64,000 nucleotides of DNA, taken from Patescibacteria group bacterium. Its GTDB lineage: Bacteria > Patescibacteriota > UBA1384 > DATEAH01. The stretch lies in assembly GCA_035288465.1 (NCBI GenBank), contig DATEAH010000005.1:67636-131635 (forward strand), in the 5' to 3' direction. Both the position numbers and the translations under genes were made by a program. A model generated the notes under the pieces. It had not been told where the DNA came from. It searched no databases and saw only the letters and a list, made by a program, of their open reading frames with translations. Of the stretch, positions 40,807 to 50,667 are shown piece by piece (position 1 is the stretch's first letter; every line of letters starts with the position of its first letter).

Positions 40807-41190
40807 TTATTTTTTGAAAAAATCCTGAACGTGTTTAACAATTTCCACAATCGGCACATCAGATTTAATATAATATTCATTTGCGCCTAAATCTTTGGCT
40901 TTTTGAATATCTTCTTCTTGACTTAAATTCGAAAGAGCAATAATTGGGGTCTGGTTATGCATCACTTTTAATTTTTCCATCACCTCATATCCATCCATAT
41001 CAGGCATAATTAAATCTAAAACAATTAAATCAAAATTTTCTTTTTCTAATATTTGCATGGCTTTAATGCCATTATCTACAGACACAATTTTAAAACCCGC
41101 ATCTGATAATTTTAATTCAAGAGCTCTGGCTAAGGATTTTTCATCATCAGCCACAAGGATTTTTTTATAAATTGCTTTTGGGACAGCCAT
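40807..41190 (-). CDS. single-domain response regulator
   Basis: LVADDE, DLIVLDLIMP, ALSNL. Confidence 0.92.
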   Translation of the reverse strand: MAVPKAIYKKILVADDEKSLARALELKLSDAGFKIVSVDNGIKAMQILEKENFDLIVLDLIMPDMDGYEVMEKLKVMHNQTPIIALSNLSQEEDIQKAKDLGANEYYIKSDVPIVEIVKHVQDFFKK

Positions 41191-41285
41191 AAAAGCCTTT
41201 CCAAAATGATAAATTCATTTTCAATATTAAAAACTAATCGCCGATTAATAATGGCTAATTATATTTGAATGTTATTTCAAGATTA

Positions 41286-41603
41286 TTATAAAATCTTAAT
41301 CCAACCGTCAACTGCATTGACTAAAATTTTATCACCACTTCGAATTGCCAGGGTGGCATTTCTGGTGCCAACCAAACAAGGGATATCTTTTTCTTTGGAA
41401 ATAATCGCCGCATGTGAAGTCAAGCCGCTTTCATCAGTAATAATGGCGCCGGCTTTTTTAAGCGTGGAGGCAATACCAGGATTAATCGAGTGGGCGACAA
41501 AAATCTCACCTTTTTTAAAACCTGTTAAATCAGCTTTGGTGCCAATAATTTTTGCAATCCCAGTATATTTGCCTGGATTTGCGACTATTCCCTTAATTGT
41601 CAT
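41286..41603 (-). CDS. stand-alone PEP-utilising phosphohistidine (swivelling) domain
   Basis: AIITDESGLTSHAAIISKE.DIPCLVG. Confidence 0.85.
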   Translation of the reverse strand: MTIKGIVANPGKYTGIAKIIGTKADLTGFKKGEIFVAHSINPGIASTLKKAGAIITDESGLTSHAAIISKEKDIPCLVGTRNATLAIRSGDKILVNAVDGWIKIL

Positions 41604-41698
41604 CGCATCCCCTTTGTAATTTGATTATACCACAAATTATACTAAAAATAAAAAAGAGGCGATAGGCAATTCCGGCGGAAAATAATTTCCAACTAGAA

Positions 41699-42211
41699 TT
41701 AGCCGTGCCTCTGGCTAAAAGATCGGGGTGGTGGTTGGTTATAGGTGATGAAAACACAAATTGCTTCCACAATTGAAAATGGCCAATCCTCACCAGAACA
41801 AATGATTGATCCTTGATGGTTGTGCTTATCTTCAATTAAGCAATGCAAACTTGCGCTTGGTCCCATCTTAAAAGTCATTAAATATTCTGCCTCAGCTGGG
41901 TTTTGGCAAATCTTGGCGCCTTTGCTGCGCAAATATTGTTCGAAGGAAAGCCTTGCTTGATTGACGCCACATGAGTATGTTGTGCTATTAATATGGAAGG
42001 TCCTGTTTGTAACCTTAATGGAGATTGTAATTTCATCAATAAAAATACGGATAAAGATAAAGAAAGCTAAAAGAGCTAAAATTGTTAAAGGGATTATTGG
42101 CGATAATTTAAAACCGTTAAGATAGGCTGAGGTAATTTTTCCCGCAACAACAACAATAAATAATAAGCTCGCCGATGTTAATATCCATCTTATGATTTGG
42201 CACTTATTCAA
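41699..42211 (-). CDS. hypothetical membrane protein
   Basis: GGAGG RBS, two TM segments. Confidence 0.6.
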   Translation of the reverse strand: MNKCQIIRWILTSASLLFIVVVAGKITSAYLNGFKLSPIIPLTILALLAFFIFIRIFIDEITISIKVTNRTFHINSTTYSCGVNQARLSFEQYLRSKGAKICQNPAEAEYLMTFKMGPSASLHCLIEDKHNHQGSIICSGEDWPFSIVEAICVFITYNQPPPRSFSQRHG

Positions 42212-42311
42212 GAGGTTAACCCTCCTTCATGAGTTCTGGAAAAACCAAACCAATATTTCGATTATATTCTACTTTTAACTAAAAATCAAAACCCAAATTA
42301 ACAGCCAGAAT

Positions 42312-43241
42312 TTAACAGCCAGAATCTACTCTTAAAAGAGGGCTATTTATTTTTTCTTCATAATTTAAGATCGTGGTAATATTTTTATTTTCAATTGTCG
42401 TCAATAACGAATTTGAATAGCTCGTATTTACACTATACCAATTCTGTTGGGCAAAATAACATTGTAAATCTTTATGAACAAAAGCTCGGCCATGTCTGGC
42501 ATATATTTCATTTCTGGCGACTTTTAGCAACCAAGGGGTTAAATTAATTAATTCAGATTCTGAAATTATTCGCGTATTTGAATCACTAATCACATAATTA
42601 TTCGTGGGAGTAGTTCCAGATTTAGTAGCTGACGAAGTTGATTGAGAGGAGTTAGTCGGAGGAGTCAGATCATAATCATAATCGGTACTGGCAGTAAATT
42701 GACCAAGTTGTAAAGAAAGCTTAATATTGACCTTGCTGGTGGCGTTATTTTTTTCAAAATTTAAATAAGCTTGAAAATCTTTTTCTTCAATCCTTATCCG
42801 GGCTGCGCCGCCACCCGTAGAATATCCGCGGCTACCCAAACCCCATTTTTGGTCAGAGGCTAAAAGCATATAATGATAATAAACTTGAGTCAGACTATCG
42901 GTGGTTTCCATTGTTTTTTCAATACTTTCATTAGTACCGGTTCCCTTTTCGGATTTAGTAACAACTGAAGCTGGATATTTTAGAGCCTCTTCGAGATTTT
43001 GCAAAGTTTGGGAACTATTCTGGGTCGTGGTGGTAGTGGGTGTGCTGGTCTTTTTTAATTTAGCGGCTAAGTATCGCCAACCGAAAAATCCGCCAACTCC
43101 CAATAAGATTAGAGCAAAAACAATTATTAAAATAATAATCAACAGCGTCTTGCTGCCTTTATTTGGCGCAGGTGTTGATGGTGTGGGCGAAGCAGGCACT
43201 GGAGACGGTTTTGGTGTAGATTCAGTTTTAGAATCTACCAT
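42312..43241 (-). CDS. membrane-anchored YARHG-domain protein
   Basis: ARNEIYARHGRAF...CYFAQQNWY. Confidence 0.9.
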   Translation of the reverse strand: MVDSKTESTPKPSPVPASPTPSTPAPNKGSKTLLIIILIIVFALILLGVGGFFGWRYLAAKLKKTSTPTTTTTQNSSQTLQNLEEALKYPASVVTKSEKGTGTNESIEKTMETTDSLTQVYYHYMLLASDQKWGLGSRGYSTGGGAARIRIEEKDFQAYLNFEKNNATSKVNIKLSLQLGQFTASTDYDYDLTPPTNSSQSTSSATKSGTTPTNNYVISDSNTRIISESELINLTPWLLKVARNEIYARHGRAFVHKDLQCYFAQQNWYSVNTSYSNSLLTTIENKNITTILNYEEKINSPLLRVDSGC

Positions 43242-43321
43242 TTCCCCTCCTTTTTTAACGCTAAAATTCTTGCGATAACTTTATCATACCATATTAAGAA
43301 TAATATTTAACCTATTTATAT

Positions 43322-43729
43322 TTAATTTATTATATTTTTCAGAAAAAATTTCAAATCTAAACTAGTTTTTTGCGTAAGATCATATTGAGCGATTTTTGAA
43401 ATATCAATCCAGCTAAAATCTGCTCCCTCTTTTAAAGTCATGGCTGATTTCGCCAAATCACTTTCAACATAAAAAACATAACGATAAGTATTAAATTCTT
43501 TGTTTAAATAATCTCGAACTGGTTTGATTTGTTCAGTCTGGATATTGATACCTAATTCTTCTTTTAATTCACGAATAAAACAATCTTTTGGTGATTCTGA
43601 TTTTTGGTTTAAACCACCAAAAAAAGCCCATTTTCCAGGATTAAATTTAGTTTTAAAATCCCTTTGGTGTAAAAGGATGGTTTTGTTTTTCGGATTATAT
43701 AAAAACCCGCCGGCCCAAAATTTTTCCAT
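43322..43729 (-). CDS. NUDIX hydrolase
   Basis: FFGG...ESPKDCFIRELKEELG. Confidence 0.9.
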   Translation of the reverse strand: MEKFWAGGFLYNPKNKTILLHQRDFKTKFNPGKWAFFGGLNQKSESPKDCFIRELKEELGINIQTEQIKPVRDYLNKEFNTYRYVFYVESDLAKSAMTLKEGADFSWIDISKIAQYDLTQKTSLDLKFFLKNIIN

Positions 43730-43864
43730 AATTCCATTTTAACCAAAAAATCAATCAATCTCAAATATTAAAGTCTTGATTTTAAACATTAATCATATTA
43801 CAGCCATAATCAGCGTGTAAAAAATACAACGCGAAAGATAAGCCCTGGAGGTGAGTCCTATTTT

Positions 43865-44236
43865 TTATTTCTCGAAAGGTTCTTTAATAATTTTTTTGGC
43901 TTCTTCAACGCCTTTGCGGGCGGCTTCGCCAACTTCCTCGGCACCCTCTTTAGCGGTGCTGCCAATAGCCGTTACAGCTTTTTTAGAAACCTCCTCAACC
44001 GCTTCTTCGGTAGTTTTTCCCGAACCCTCCAAAGCCTTTACGACCCCAACAAAAACCCCTTTAACGCCTTCGGTAACATCAACTACACCCTCTTTGCCAA
44101 GATCAATAATGGCGCCAAAAATATCGCCAATGTCATGCGTGCCTTCTTTGACAATGTCGGCGGTGGTTTTCATTAAAGCTTCTGAGACTTCGCCAGTCCC
44201 CTCAACTGAACTTTTTAAAATCTCTTTTAAATCCAT
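43865..44236 (-). CDS. repetitive amphipathic-helix protein
   Basis: AAGGAGG RBS; recurring K-E-G/V-K-G units. Confidence 0.75.
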   Translation of the reverse strand: MDLKEILKSSVEGTGEVSEALMKTTADIVKEGTHDIGDIFGAIIDLGKEGVVDVTEGVKGVFVGVVKALEGSGKTTEEAVEEVSKKAVTAIGSTAKEGAEEVGEAARKGVEEAKKIIKEPFEK

Positions 44237-44312
44237 TTTCCTCCTTAAAATTATTTTTTTATTTCAAGATATTTCTGTGCTTAAAAAACTTATCCTTCGA
44301 AATCTTGGCAAA

Positions 44313-44390
44313 TGGGGTGGCTGATGGGATTTGAACCCACGATTTCCAGTACCACAAACTGGCGCTTTAGACCGCTAAGCTACAGCCACC
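44313..44390 (-). tRNA. tRNA-His(GTG)
   Basis: G-1, CCAGT-TTGTGGT-ACTGG, CCA. Confidence 0.95.
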
Positions 44391-44395
44391 ATATT

Positions 44396-44947
44396 TTATT
44401 TCACAATGCTGACTTCTATAGAATCGTCGAGAAAATGATGCGGATTTGAATCATATTTTTCTGATTTTCTAACTTCATTCAAATAATCTTTCATGACATG
44501 GCTTTCAGATTGGGCTCTTGAGGCTAAAATAATTGAACCTGGGTGTAATTTTTTTTCTAACATTTTTAGATATGTTGAATTTTCTTCGGGGTTAGCATCC
44601 AAAAAAACCAAATCAAATTTAATATCCATGACGGGTAAAGTTTCTAAAATATCGCCAGAAATAACCTCAACAATATGATCTAATTCGGCGGATCTAACTG
44701 TTTGCATTAATATTTGGATGGCATGAAAATTGCTCTCCGCGGCAAACAAATGACCATCTTCGGGCATTGCCGCCGCTAAAAATAAACTGGCATAGCCAAT
44801 ACCGGCGCCAATATCTAAAACATTTTTAGGTTGATTTTTTTGCACGGTTTCGCCCAAAAAGATGGCCTCTTCGCGGCTAATAATGGGAATTCTTTGCATG
44901 GCGGCTTCTTCTTCTAATTTGCTGATTAAATATTCATATGTTTGCAT
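44396..44947 (-). CDS. class I SAM-dependent O-methyltransferase (TrmR/YrrM-like)
   Basis: VLDIGAGIGYA, FDLVFLDA; ATG after AGGAGG (the track start overlaps a tRNA). Confidence 0.85.
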   Translation of the reverse strand: MQTYEYLISKLEEEAAMQRIPIISREEAIFLGETVQKNQPKNVLDIGAGIGYASLFLAAAMPEDGHLFAAESNFHAIQILMQTVRSAELDHIVEVISGDILETLPVMDIKFDLVFLDANPEENSTYLKMLEKKLHPGSIILASRAQSESHVMKDYLNEVRKSEKYDSNPHHFLDDSIEVSIVK

Positions 44948-44967
44948 TTTGCCTCCTAATATTGGCT

Positions 44968-45043
44968 TGGCACCCTCGGCCAGAATCGAACTGGCAACCT
45001 CCACCTTAGAAGGGTGTTGCTCTATCCGTTGAGCTACGAGGGC
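44968..45043 (-). tRNA. tRNA-Arg(TCT)
   Basis: Cloverleaf; loop CTTCTAA; CCA. Confidence 0.93.
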
Positions 45044-45143
45044 ACAATTTTCAATACCTAAATCAAGCATATTATAACACAAAATAGAAGTGATTTAAAC
45101 TTTTATTTTGAGTTTATATTTTTAAAAAAGAGCTAAATTGTTT

Positions 45144-46199
45144 TTAGAGTCCGGCTTCAAGTTTTTTACGGCGATGAATCAAATACCAAAGCAAAAAGCC
45201 CAAAATTGCTACTCCGGCTAAGCCAAAAAATGCTAAATAAATTGGATCTGTCCAATTTATTTGGTCAATAGATAAACCATTGGTGGACGTGGATTTTTTC
45301 GTGCTACTTTTAGCTAGGGTAATTTCGGCTTCGTTGGAGTTAACTGATTCTTTAGTGCCTTTGTAGGCTCGAACCATATAAGTATATTTTATATCTGTGG
45401 TTACATTAGAATTAATAAAATTAGTAATAGCAGATGTGGTTTGTGCAACTTGCTTAAAATCTTTAACCTCGCCGCCTTTGCGAAAAACTCGATAACCATC
45501 AACATTGGTGGTGACAGATTTTGTCCAAGAAATTTTTGCCGCGGTTTTTGAGTCTGAGGTGATTTTTTCGGCTCTGACGGCGGTTGGAGCTTTAATGGTG
45601 GTGGTAGTATTGGCAGCGGGTGAAGCCCCAGCATTAGTAGAAGTATCGACACCAGTTGGAGTATCATCAGCATCAGCAGGCGCAGCAGGCGGCGTGGTAT
45701 CAATTCCAAAAGTTTTAAAACCAAAGTCTTTATCATTATCAACAGTTGAATCCCAATAAGCGTGGCCATTGACGTATTTATTACTATCAGTATATGACCA
45801 TTGCGTGTTTGTGGTTGAAGCATTTAAATAAATACTGTAAGTTTGTCCAGGAACAACATCAATATTGGTGATATCAAAACTATTCCAACCATTAATAGCG
45901 GCTTGGCCAAACATTTGCGTCAAAACCGTACCCGCTTCACCCGAACGAACATATAGATCGAGGGTACCAACAGCATTTGTGATATAGACCACAACCATGG
46001 TTAATTTTTCCATGGTGGGTTTAAAAGTTTGCCCGATCCGCTGATGGCTTTTAATTGCCAATGAGCCATCTGAACTGGTCACTTCATGACTTTGATCTAA
46101 GGTACCATCAGCCGCCTGAAGCGTCCCGCTTGAGGCAAAAACCAAGGTAAAAATCGCAAAACTAACCAAGATATTAAAAATCTTTTTAATCTTGAACAT
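45144..46199 (-). CDS. surface protein with an Fn3-like domain and C-terminal TM anchor
   Basis: Signal peptide, ISW...GYRVFR...YTYMVRAY, TM plus RRKK. Confidence 0.8.
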   Translation of the reverse strand: MFKIKKIFNILVSFAIFTLVFASSGTLQAADGTLDQSHEVTSSDGSLAIKSHQRIGQTFKPTMEKLTMVVVYITNAVGTLDLYVRSGEAGTVLTQMFGQAAINGWNSFDITNIDVVPGQTYSIYLNASTTNTQWSYTDSNKYVNGHAYWDSTVDNDKDFGFKTFGIDTTPPAAPADADDTPTGVDTSTNAGASPAANTTTTIKAPTAVRAEKITSDSKTAAKISWTKSVTTNVDGYRVFRKGGEVKDFKQVAQTTSAITNFINSNVTTDIKYTYMVRAYKGTKESVNSNEAEITLAKSSTKKSTSTNGLSIDQINWTDPIYLAFFGLAGVAILGFLLWYLIHRRKKLEAGL

Positions 46200-46301
46200 T
46201 CCCCCTCCTTTTAGAATTAGGTTATAGGTTTCAGGTTCGAGGTTTTAGTTAAAATTAGAAGCTATCACATAGAAGCTATAACCTATTTTATTATTTAAAA
46301 T

Positions 46302-46646
46302 TTAAAAACCATTTGGCAATAAAATCCAGATAAATCTATTATACCCAAGGACTGCTGATAATACAATTAGAAGTCCGGCTTCGACAATAACTACTCCCCA
46401 CAACCAAGTACGATTTTCTAATTTTTTATAATAGATTAAAGAAAGCATCACAAAAATTGTTAAACTGCCGACCAGCATGAGTGAACCCATTGTCATATCA
46501 AAGGTTTTGGGGCTTGCGATCCAAGTGGCTTGTGGATTTCTGATTTTAGCGTATTCATATTCCAAAAAACTGCTACCGAGCCAAAAAAATCCTGCTGCCA
46601 AGATTAAAAGTAATAAATTATTTAGATGTTTGATGTTTTTTTTCAT
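46302..46646 (-). CDS. hypothetical membrane protein
   Basis: Three TM segments; overlaps the stop of the upstream gene. Confidence 0.65.
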   Translation of the reverse strand: MKKNIKHLNNLLLLILAAGFFWLGSSFLEYEYAKIRNPQATWIASPKTFDMTMGSLMLVGSLTIFVMLSLIYYKKLENRTWLWGVVIVEAGLLIVLSAVLGYNRFIWILLPNGF

Positions 46647-47266
46647 TTATTTGATACTTCTTTTATCACCCCATATTTGGCAATTTTTTGATGATTTCTT
46701 TCTGCCCACCAAATATCACCATATGACCAATGCCAATACTCACTTGGATAATTTGATAAACCAGCCTTAGCCAATGCTGTAAACATTATTTTCCGATTAT
46801 TTTGAAGATACACCGGCAATTTAGATTGAATGGATTTGGCATTTTCTTGATAAGATAATTTTGAGCTTTTCATCGGTACTTTTCGGTCATTCTTCCACAA
46901 CCTCAAATCTACGGCTCCACCAGTCATATGGCCGGAGGCATATTTGCCATCAGCGGGGGCAACATATTTTTCAACTTCTTTGATAATTCTTTTTTCTGAC
47001 CATTTGGGATATTTTTTAGTAAATTTACAGATAAAGTCTTTAAAAATTTTTCTTTGAACATATTGTGGCCGCCACGCATCACCAATAATAAAGGTCATTC
47101 CGTTTGGTAAAAATTTTTCTGCTTTTTGCAACATTTTAGCAACAGTTTTTCTTAAATATGCGGTTTTTTCTTTTTTCATTCTTGAAGCATCTAAATCAAT
47201 CACAAAATTAGGACATAATTTTTTAAGATTAACCAAAGGCTCATTTGATTCAATAATTTTTATCAT
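46643..47266 (-). CDS. D-Ala-D-Ala dipeptidase, peptidase M15 (VanX/DdpX-like)
   Basis: DAWRP, SGHMTGGAVDL, EYWHWSYGD. Confidence 0.9.
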   Translation of the reverse strand: MIKIIESNEPLVNLKKLCPNFVIDLDASRMKKEKTAYLRKTVAKMLQKAEKFLPNGMTFIIGDAWRPQYVQRKIFKDFICKFTKKYPKWSEKRIIKEVEKYVAPADGKYASGHMTGGAVDLRLWKNDRKVPMKSSKLSYQENAKSIQSKLPVYLQNNRKIMFTALAKAGLSNYPSEYWHWSYGDIWWAERNHQKIAKYGVIKEVSNK

Positions 47267-47282
47267 TAGGGTAATAACTTCT

Positions 47283-47450
47283 AGTGGGTAACGAGAGTCG
47301 AAGGGCTGAAGCCCGTCTCAACGCAATTGAATTAAAATTTATTTAATGTTTTTGCTAAAATATCACGTTGATTTTAATAAGTGACTAACGCTTCGGGTTC
47401 GACACACTTACTTATTTCTTTTTGCCGTTTTTAGACGGTACAAAGAAATA
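47283..47450 (-). mobile_element. tRNA-downstream mini-element at tRNA-Gly, with duplicated tRNA 3' end (47283-47302)
   Basis: 20-bp repeat of 47451-47470 (2 mismatches); TGCGTTGAGACGGGCTTCAGCCCTTCGA and TGATATTTTAGCAAA motifs. Confidence 0.72.
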
Positions 47451-47522
47451 AGCGGGTAACGGGAGTCGAACCCGTGTCTTCAGCTTGGAAAGCTGACATA
47501 ATAACCACTATACGATACCCGC
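47451..47522 (-). tRNA. tRNA-Gly(TCC)
   Basis: TCAGC-TTTCCAA-GCTGA. Confidence 0.95.
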
Positions 47523-47526
47523 AAAC

Positions 47527-47603
47527 TGGTCGGGGTGGTGAGATTTGAACTCACGATCTCCACGTCCCAAACGTGGCGCCTTAAGCCACTAGGCCACACC
47601 CCG
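47527..47603 (-). tRNA. tRNA-Pro(TGG)
   Basis: CCACG-TTTGGGA-CGTGG; CCA. Confidence 0.95.
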
Positions 47604-47697
47604 TTAAAAATTCAAATTATAAATTCAAAATAATATTCGAACTTCGAATTTATTTAATTATACTTGAAAATTGACAAAAAATCCAGATTAATTTAAA

Positions 47698-48450
47698 TTA
47701 AACTTCGCGCATTTTAGCAACTGGTTTTTTATATAAGCCGCGAATCAAATTCCATCTCACCACTTTTAAAGCCCATAAAAAGCGAATGCCATCACGAATC
47801 GGATTCACTGTGCCTTTGGTTCTCGCAAACCAGTCAACCGGGACTTCAGCAATTTGGTATCCTAGAAATTTGGCGATCGTTAAAATTTCAATATCAAAAC
47901 TAAAACGGGCAAAGGTTTGCCTGGGAAATATCTCTTGCGCGGCTTTGGCGGAAAATAGTTTAAAGCCGCACTGCGAATCTTTTATTTTTAAACCAGTAAA
48001 AATCTTAAAAAAGAAATTCAAAAACCGACCACCCAAAATGCGGTATAAGGGTTGTTTTTTCTTTAAATGTCCCTCTTCTAAATATCTCGAGCCAATCATC
48101 ACCTCAAATTTGTCTTTGTAGGCTAATAATTTTTCCACTTGTTCAATTGGGGTGGCATTGTCGGCATCAGCAAATAAACGCCAATCACCTGTCGCCTTGA
48201 GCATGCCAGTTTTAACAGCAAAACCTTTGCCATGATTTTTATCTTGAATAATTGCCTGACAAAAATCCTTGCCGGCAGTTAATTTTTGTAAAACCTCGGC
48301 AGTATTATCTGGGCTACCATCATCAACAAAAATTAATTCCACGGAATAATCTTGCGAGGTGGCAAATTTTTCAAAAACAGCCCATGTCGTTTCTAAATTT
48401 TTCGCTTCTTTATAACAAGGAATTATAATTGATAAAAAAGGTTTATTCAT
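47698..48450 (-). CDS. GT2 polyprenol-phosphate glycosyltransferase (Alg5/DPM-like)
   Basis: SIIIPCYKE, VDDGSPD, FADAD, DSQCGFKLF, FDIEIL. Confidence 0.9.
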   Translation of the reverse strand: MNKPFLSIIIPCYKEAKNLETTWAVFEKFATSQDYSVELIFVDDGSPDNTAEVLQKLTAGKDFCQAIIQDKNHGKGFAVKTGMLKATGDWRLFADADNATPIEQVEKLLAYKDKFEVMIGSRYLEEGHLKKKQPLYRILGGRFLNFFFKIFTGLKIKDSQCGFKLFSAKAAQEIFPRQTFARFSFDIEILTIAKFLGYQIAEVPVDWFARTKGTVNPIRDGIRFLWALKVVRWNLIRGLYKKPVAKMREV

Positions 48451-48465
48451 TTTTCTCCACTCTAT

Positions 48466-50667
48466 TTATTTCAAATCATAGACTAAAATCGAATCACCAA
48501 TCACCGCCGTCGGTTTAATATTATCCAAATATGAATAATCTGGTTGATTTTCTTTTGGTCCAAAATATTTTGACATCTGATAAAAAGTTGCGGAAACTGC
48601 CAACCAGCCCTTGGTTTCTCCAAATTTAGAATGCCACTCAACTGCACCCGGAATATAATATGTTGGTACGCCACCGCCAAAATAATCAACTTTAATTTCA
48701 GAAATATGATTTTCTTTCGTATATTCGGCTAAGCGTTTAAGATCTTGGCCCCAATCTAAGTTAGAATCTACCAAAATTTGATGTTTTTTTAAGCCCAAAA
48801 CCAGTCTAATTTCATTAAAATATCCCATATAATGCGGATAAGTAAAAGCAGTTTCCAATAATAGCCATACACTCAAACCAGAAACGGCAAATGTTCTCCA
48901 GCTAATTTTAGAAATTAAGACTGGTCGGACAAATCTGCCAATCAAGAGATATAAAAATGGTAAGGTTGGAATCAAATGCCTAATGCCGATATTTAAATTA
49001 CCATTAATGGAAACGGCAAAATATATTATTGGCATCACCAAAAACAATACTAAGTTCCAAGCATCTTCGCGCCGTTCGTCAGGAGAAATTAGACTACTTT
49101 TTCTCTTTATTAATCCAATGATTATTCCCGCAAAAGAGGCAAAAAGCAAAATCAAAACTGGCAAAGATTCTTTGAATAAGAAAGCAAGTGGAAAGTATAA
49201 CTTAAAGCCCATTTGCGAAAACTTACCCAGCAAAAAGGCGGTGTGACCTCCTTCGGCGTGGGCAAAAACCATTATAAACCCTAATAAATAATGTCCAAAG
49301 GCTGAGACAACCGGAATGCCAGCTAAAGTTTTCAAGAAATGGTTAAAAGGCGCTTGGCCGACAGTTGGCAAGGAAACATCGATTAAATGTTTTTCGACGT
49401 CGAGCGGAGTTCGCCAATAAAAGGCAAGATACACCAACCAAACCAAAACAAAGCCGATTACCACAATTTGTATTAACGCCCACATTTGCTTGCCAAAAAA
49501 TGCCCAAAATTTTTGGTCTTTGCGCATTAAAATTACCCAAAAAATTAAATAAACCCCCATCATTGGGATTAATAAAAAGGCGGAATATTTTAGTAATTGC
49601 GCCACCCCAAAAATCAAGCCGGCGATAATTAAATTTTTCCGAGTTGCGTGACGTAAGTAGCGATCATAAAAGAATATTCCGGCCAAAAAAGCCAATGTCG
49701 CGGCAATATCAGTCGTCACCCAATGGCCATGAGCTAAAATATTTGGACTTAATATATATAGGAATAGGACAAATAAGCTTGTTCTGGTGCCGTATAATTT
49801 TTTAGCCCAAATAAATACCAGCCAACCCACTAAAAGCGTTAATAAAATCATGGGAATTCTTGACCAAAACAGAATAAAATCTGCGGAATTGCCAGCTCGA
49901 TACAAGAATTGCCAGCCTGCTTCCCACTGATTAGCGTCTTTCCAGCTCCAATCATCAAAAAAGTTATTCAGCTTTACAAAGGTTAACGGCAGGGCCGCAA
50001 AGGCTTTAGACAATGGTGGATGTTCAGGATTTAAGCGCATGTCCTGTTTTTCGAGATAACCATAGCCGGCGGGAATATGAGCAATTTCATCCACAATACC
50101 TGAATCATTTTTAGAAACAACTAAAGAAACCGTGAACATAACCAATAACATTAGCATTGCCACTAAATATACATTTTGGTCTTTGCGCACTTTTGCCAAA
50201 GATTCAGGATTAATTTTGTAGGTCCAAAATTTATTCGCCAGAAAATTCCAAATCAAAACTGCTAAAGTCGCCACCAACAAAGCTGATAATTGTGCTAAGG
50301 CTGTTTGGCTAAAAATCATGCCGGCCGCTGGTCTAATAATCATAAAAACCAAAGTGTTAAAAATTAAACCCACAACACTGACAGCGATAAATCTGCCAAA
50401 ATAAATCGCGCCGACCGTGCGTTTATCTTCAGCTTCCAAGCCGGCTTTGTATTCCTTGCGAAAAGTCCACAAACTATTCCAAATAAAACTATTGGTCACT
50501 GCCACCGCAAAAGAAATGACCTTGGCAAAAACCTCATTCGAGGCAAAATAAGAGGTCAAATGCGTCAATAGAAAAAAGATTAGCCAATCGACTAAAGTGT
50601 TCGAAACGCCCACCACGGCAAATTTTAGAAATTGAATAAAATTGTCTTTTTCTAATAATTTCATCAC
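48466..50667 (-). CDS. GtrA flippase fused to a GT-C (PMT/ArnT-like) glycosyltransferase
   Basis: N-terminal QFLKFAVVG.NTLVD...NF..NKFWT; VDEIAHIPAG, NPEHPPL, DSNLDWGQD. Confidence 0.85.
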   Translation of the reverse strand: MMKLLEKDNFIQFLKFAVVGVSNTLVDWLIFFLLTHLTSYFASNEVFAKVISFAVAVTNSFIWNSLWTFRKEYKAGLEAEDKRTVGAIYFGRFIAVSVVGLIFNTLVFMIIRPAAGMIFSQTALAQLSALLVATLAVLIWNFLANKFWTYKINPESLAKVRKDQNVYLVAMLMLLVMFTVSLVVSKNDSGIVDEIAHIPAGYGYLEKQDMRLNPEHPPLSKAFAALPLTFVKLNNFFDDWSWKDANQWEAGWQFLYRAGNSADFILFWSRIPMILLTLLVGWLVFIWAKKLYGTRTSLFVLFLYILSPNILAHGHWVTTDIAATLAFLAGIFFYDRYLRHATRKNLIIAGLIFGVAQLLKYSAFLLIPMMGVYLIFWVILMRKDQKFWAFFGKQMWALIQIVVIGFVLVWLVYLAFYWRTPLDVEKHLIDVSLPTVGQAPFNHFLKTLAGIPVVSAFGHYLLGFIMVFAHAEGGHTAFLLGKFSQMGFKLYFPLAFLFKESLPVLILLFASFAGIIIGLIKRKSSLISPDERREDAWNLVLFLVMPIIYFAVSINGNLNIGIRHLIPTLPFLYLLIGRFVRPVLISKISWRTFAVSGLSVWLLLETAFTYPHYMGYFNEIRLVLGLKKHQILVDSNLDWGQDLKRLAEYTKENHISEIKVDYFGGGVPTYYIPGAVEWHSKFGETKGWLAVSATFYQMSKYFGPKENQPDYSYLDNIKPTAVIGDSILVYDLK

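Noticed and set aside
44948-45082. N-terminal extension of the methyltransferase
   Set aside because: Overlaps tRNA-Arg; a strong RBS precedes ATG 44947.
7816-47470. Reading the tRNA duplications as prophage att sites or tRNA introns
   Set aside because: Inserts are only ~150 bp with no integrase or phage genes, and each upstream tRNA is already complete.
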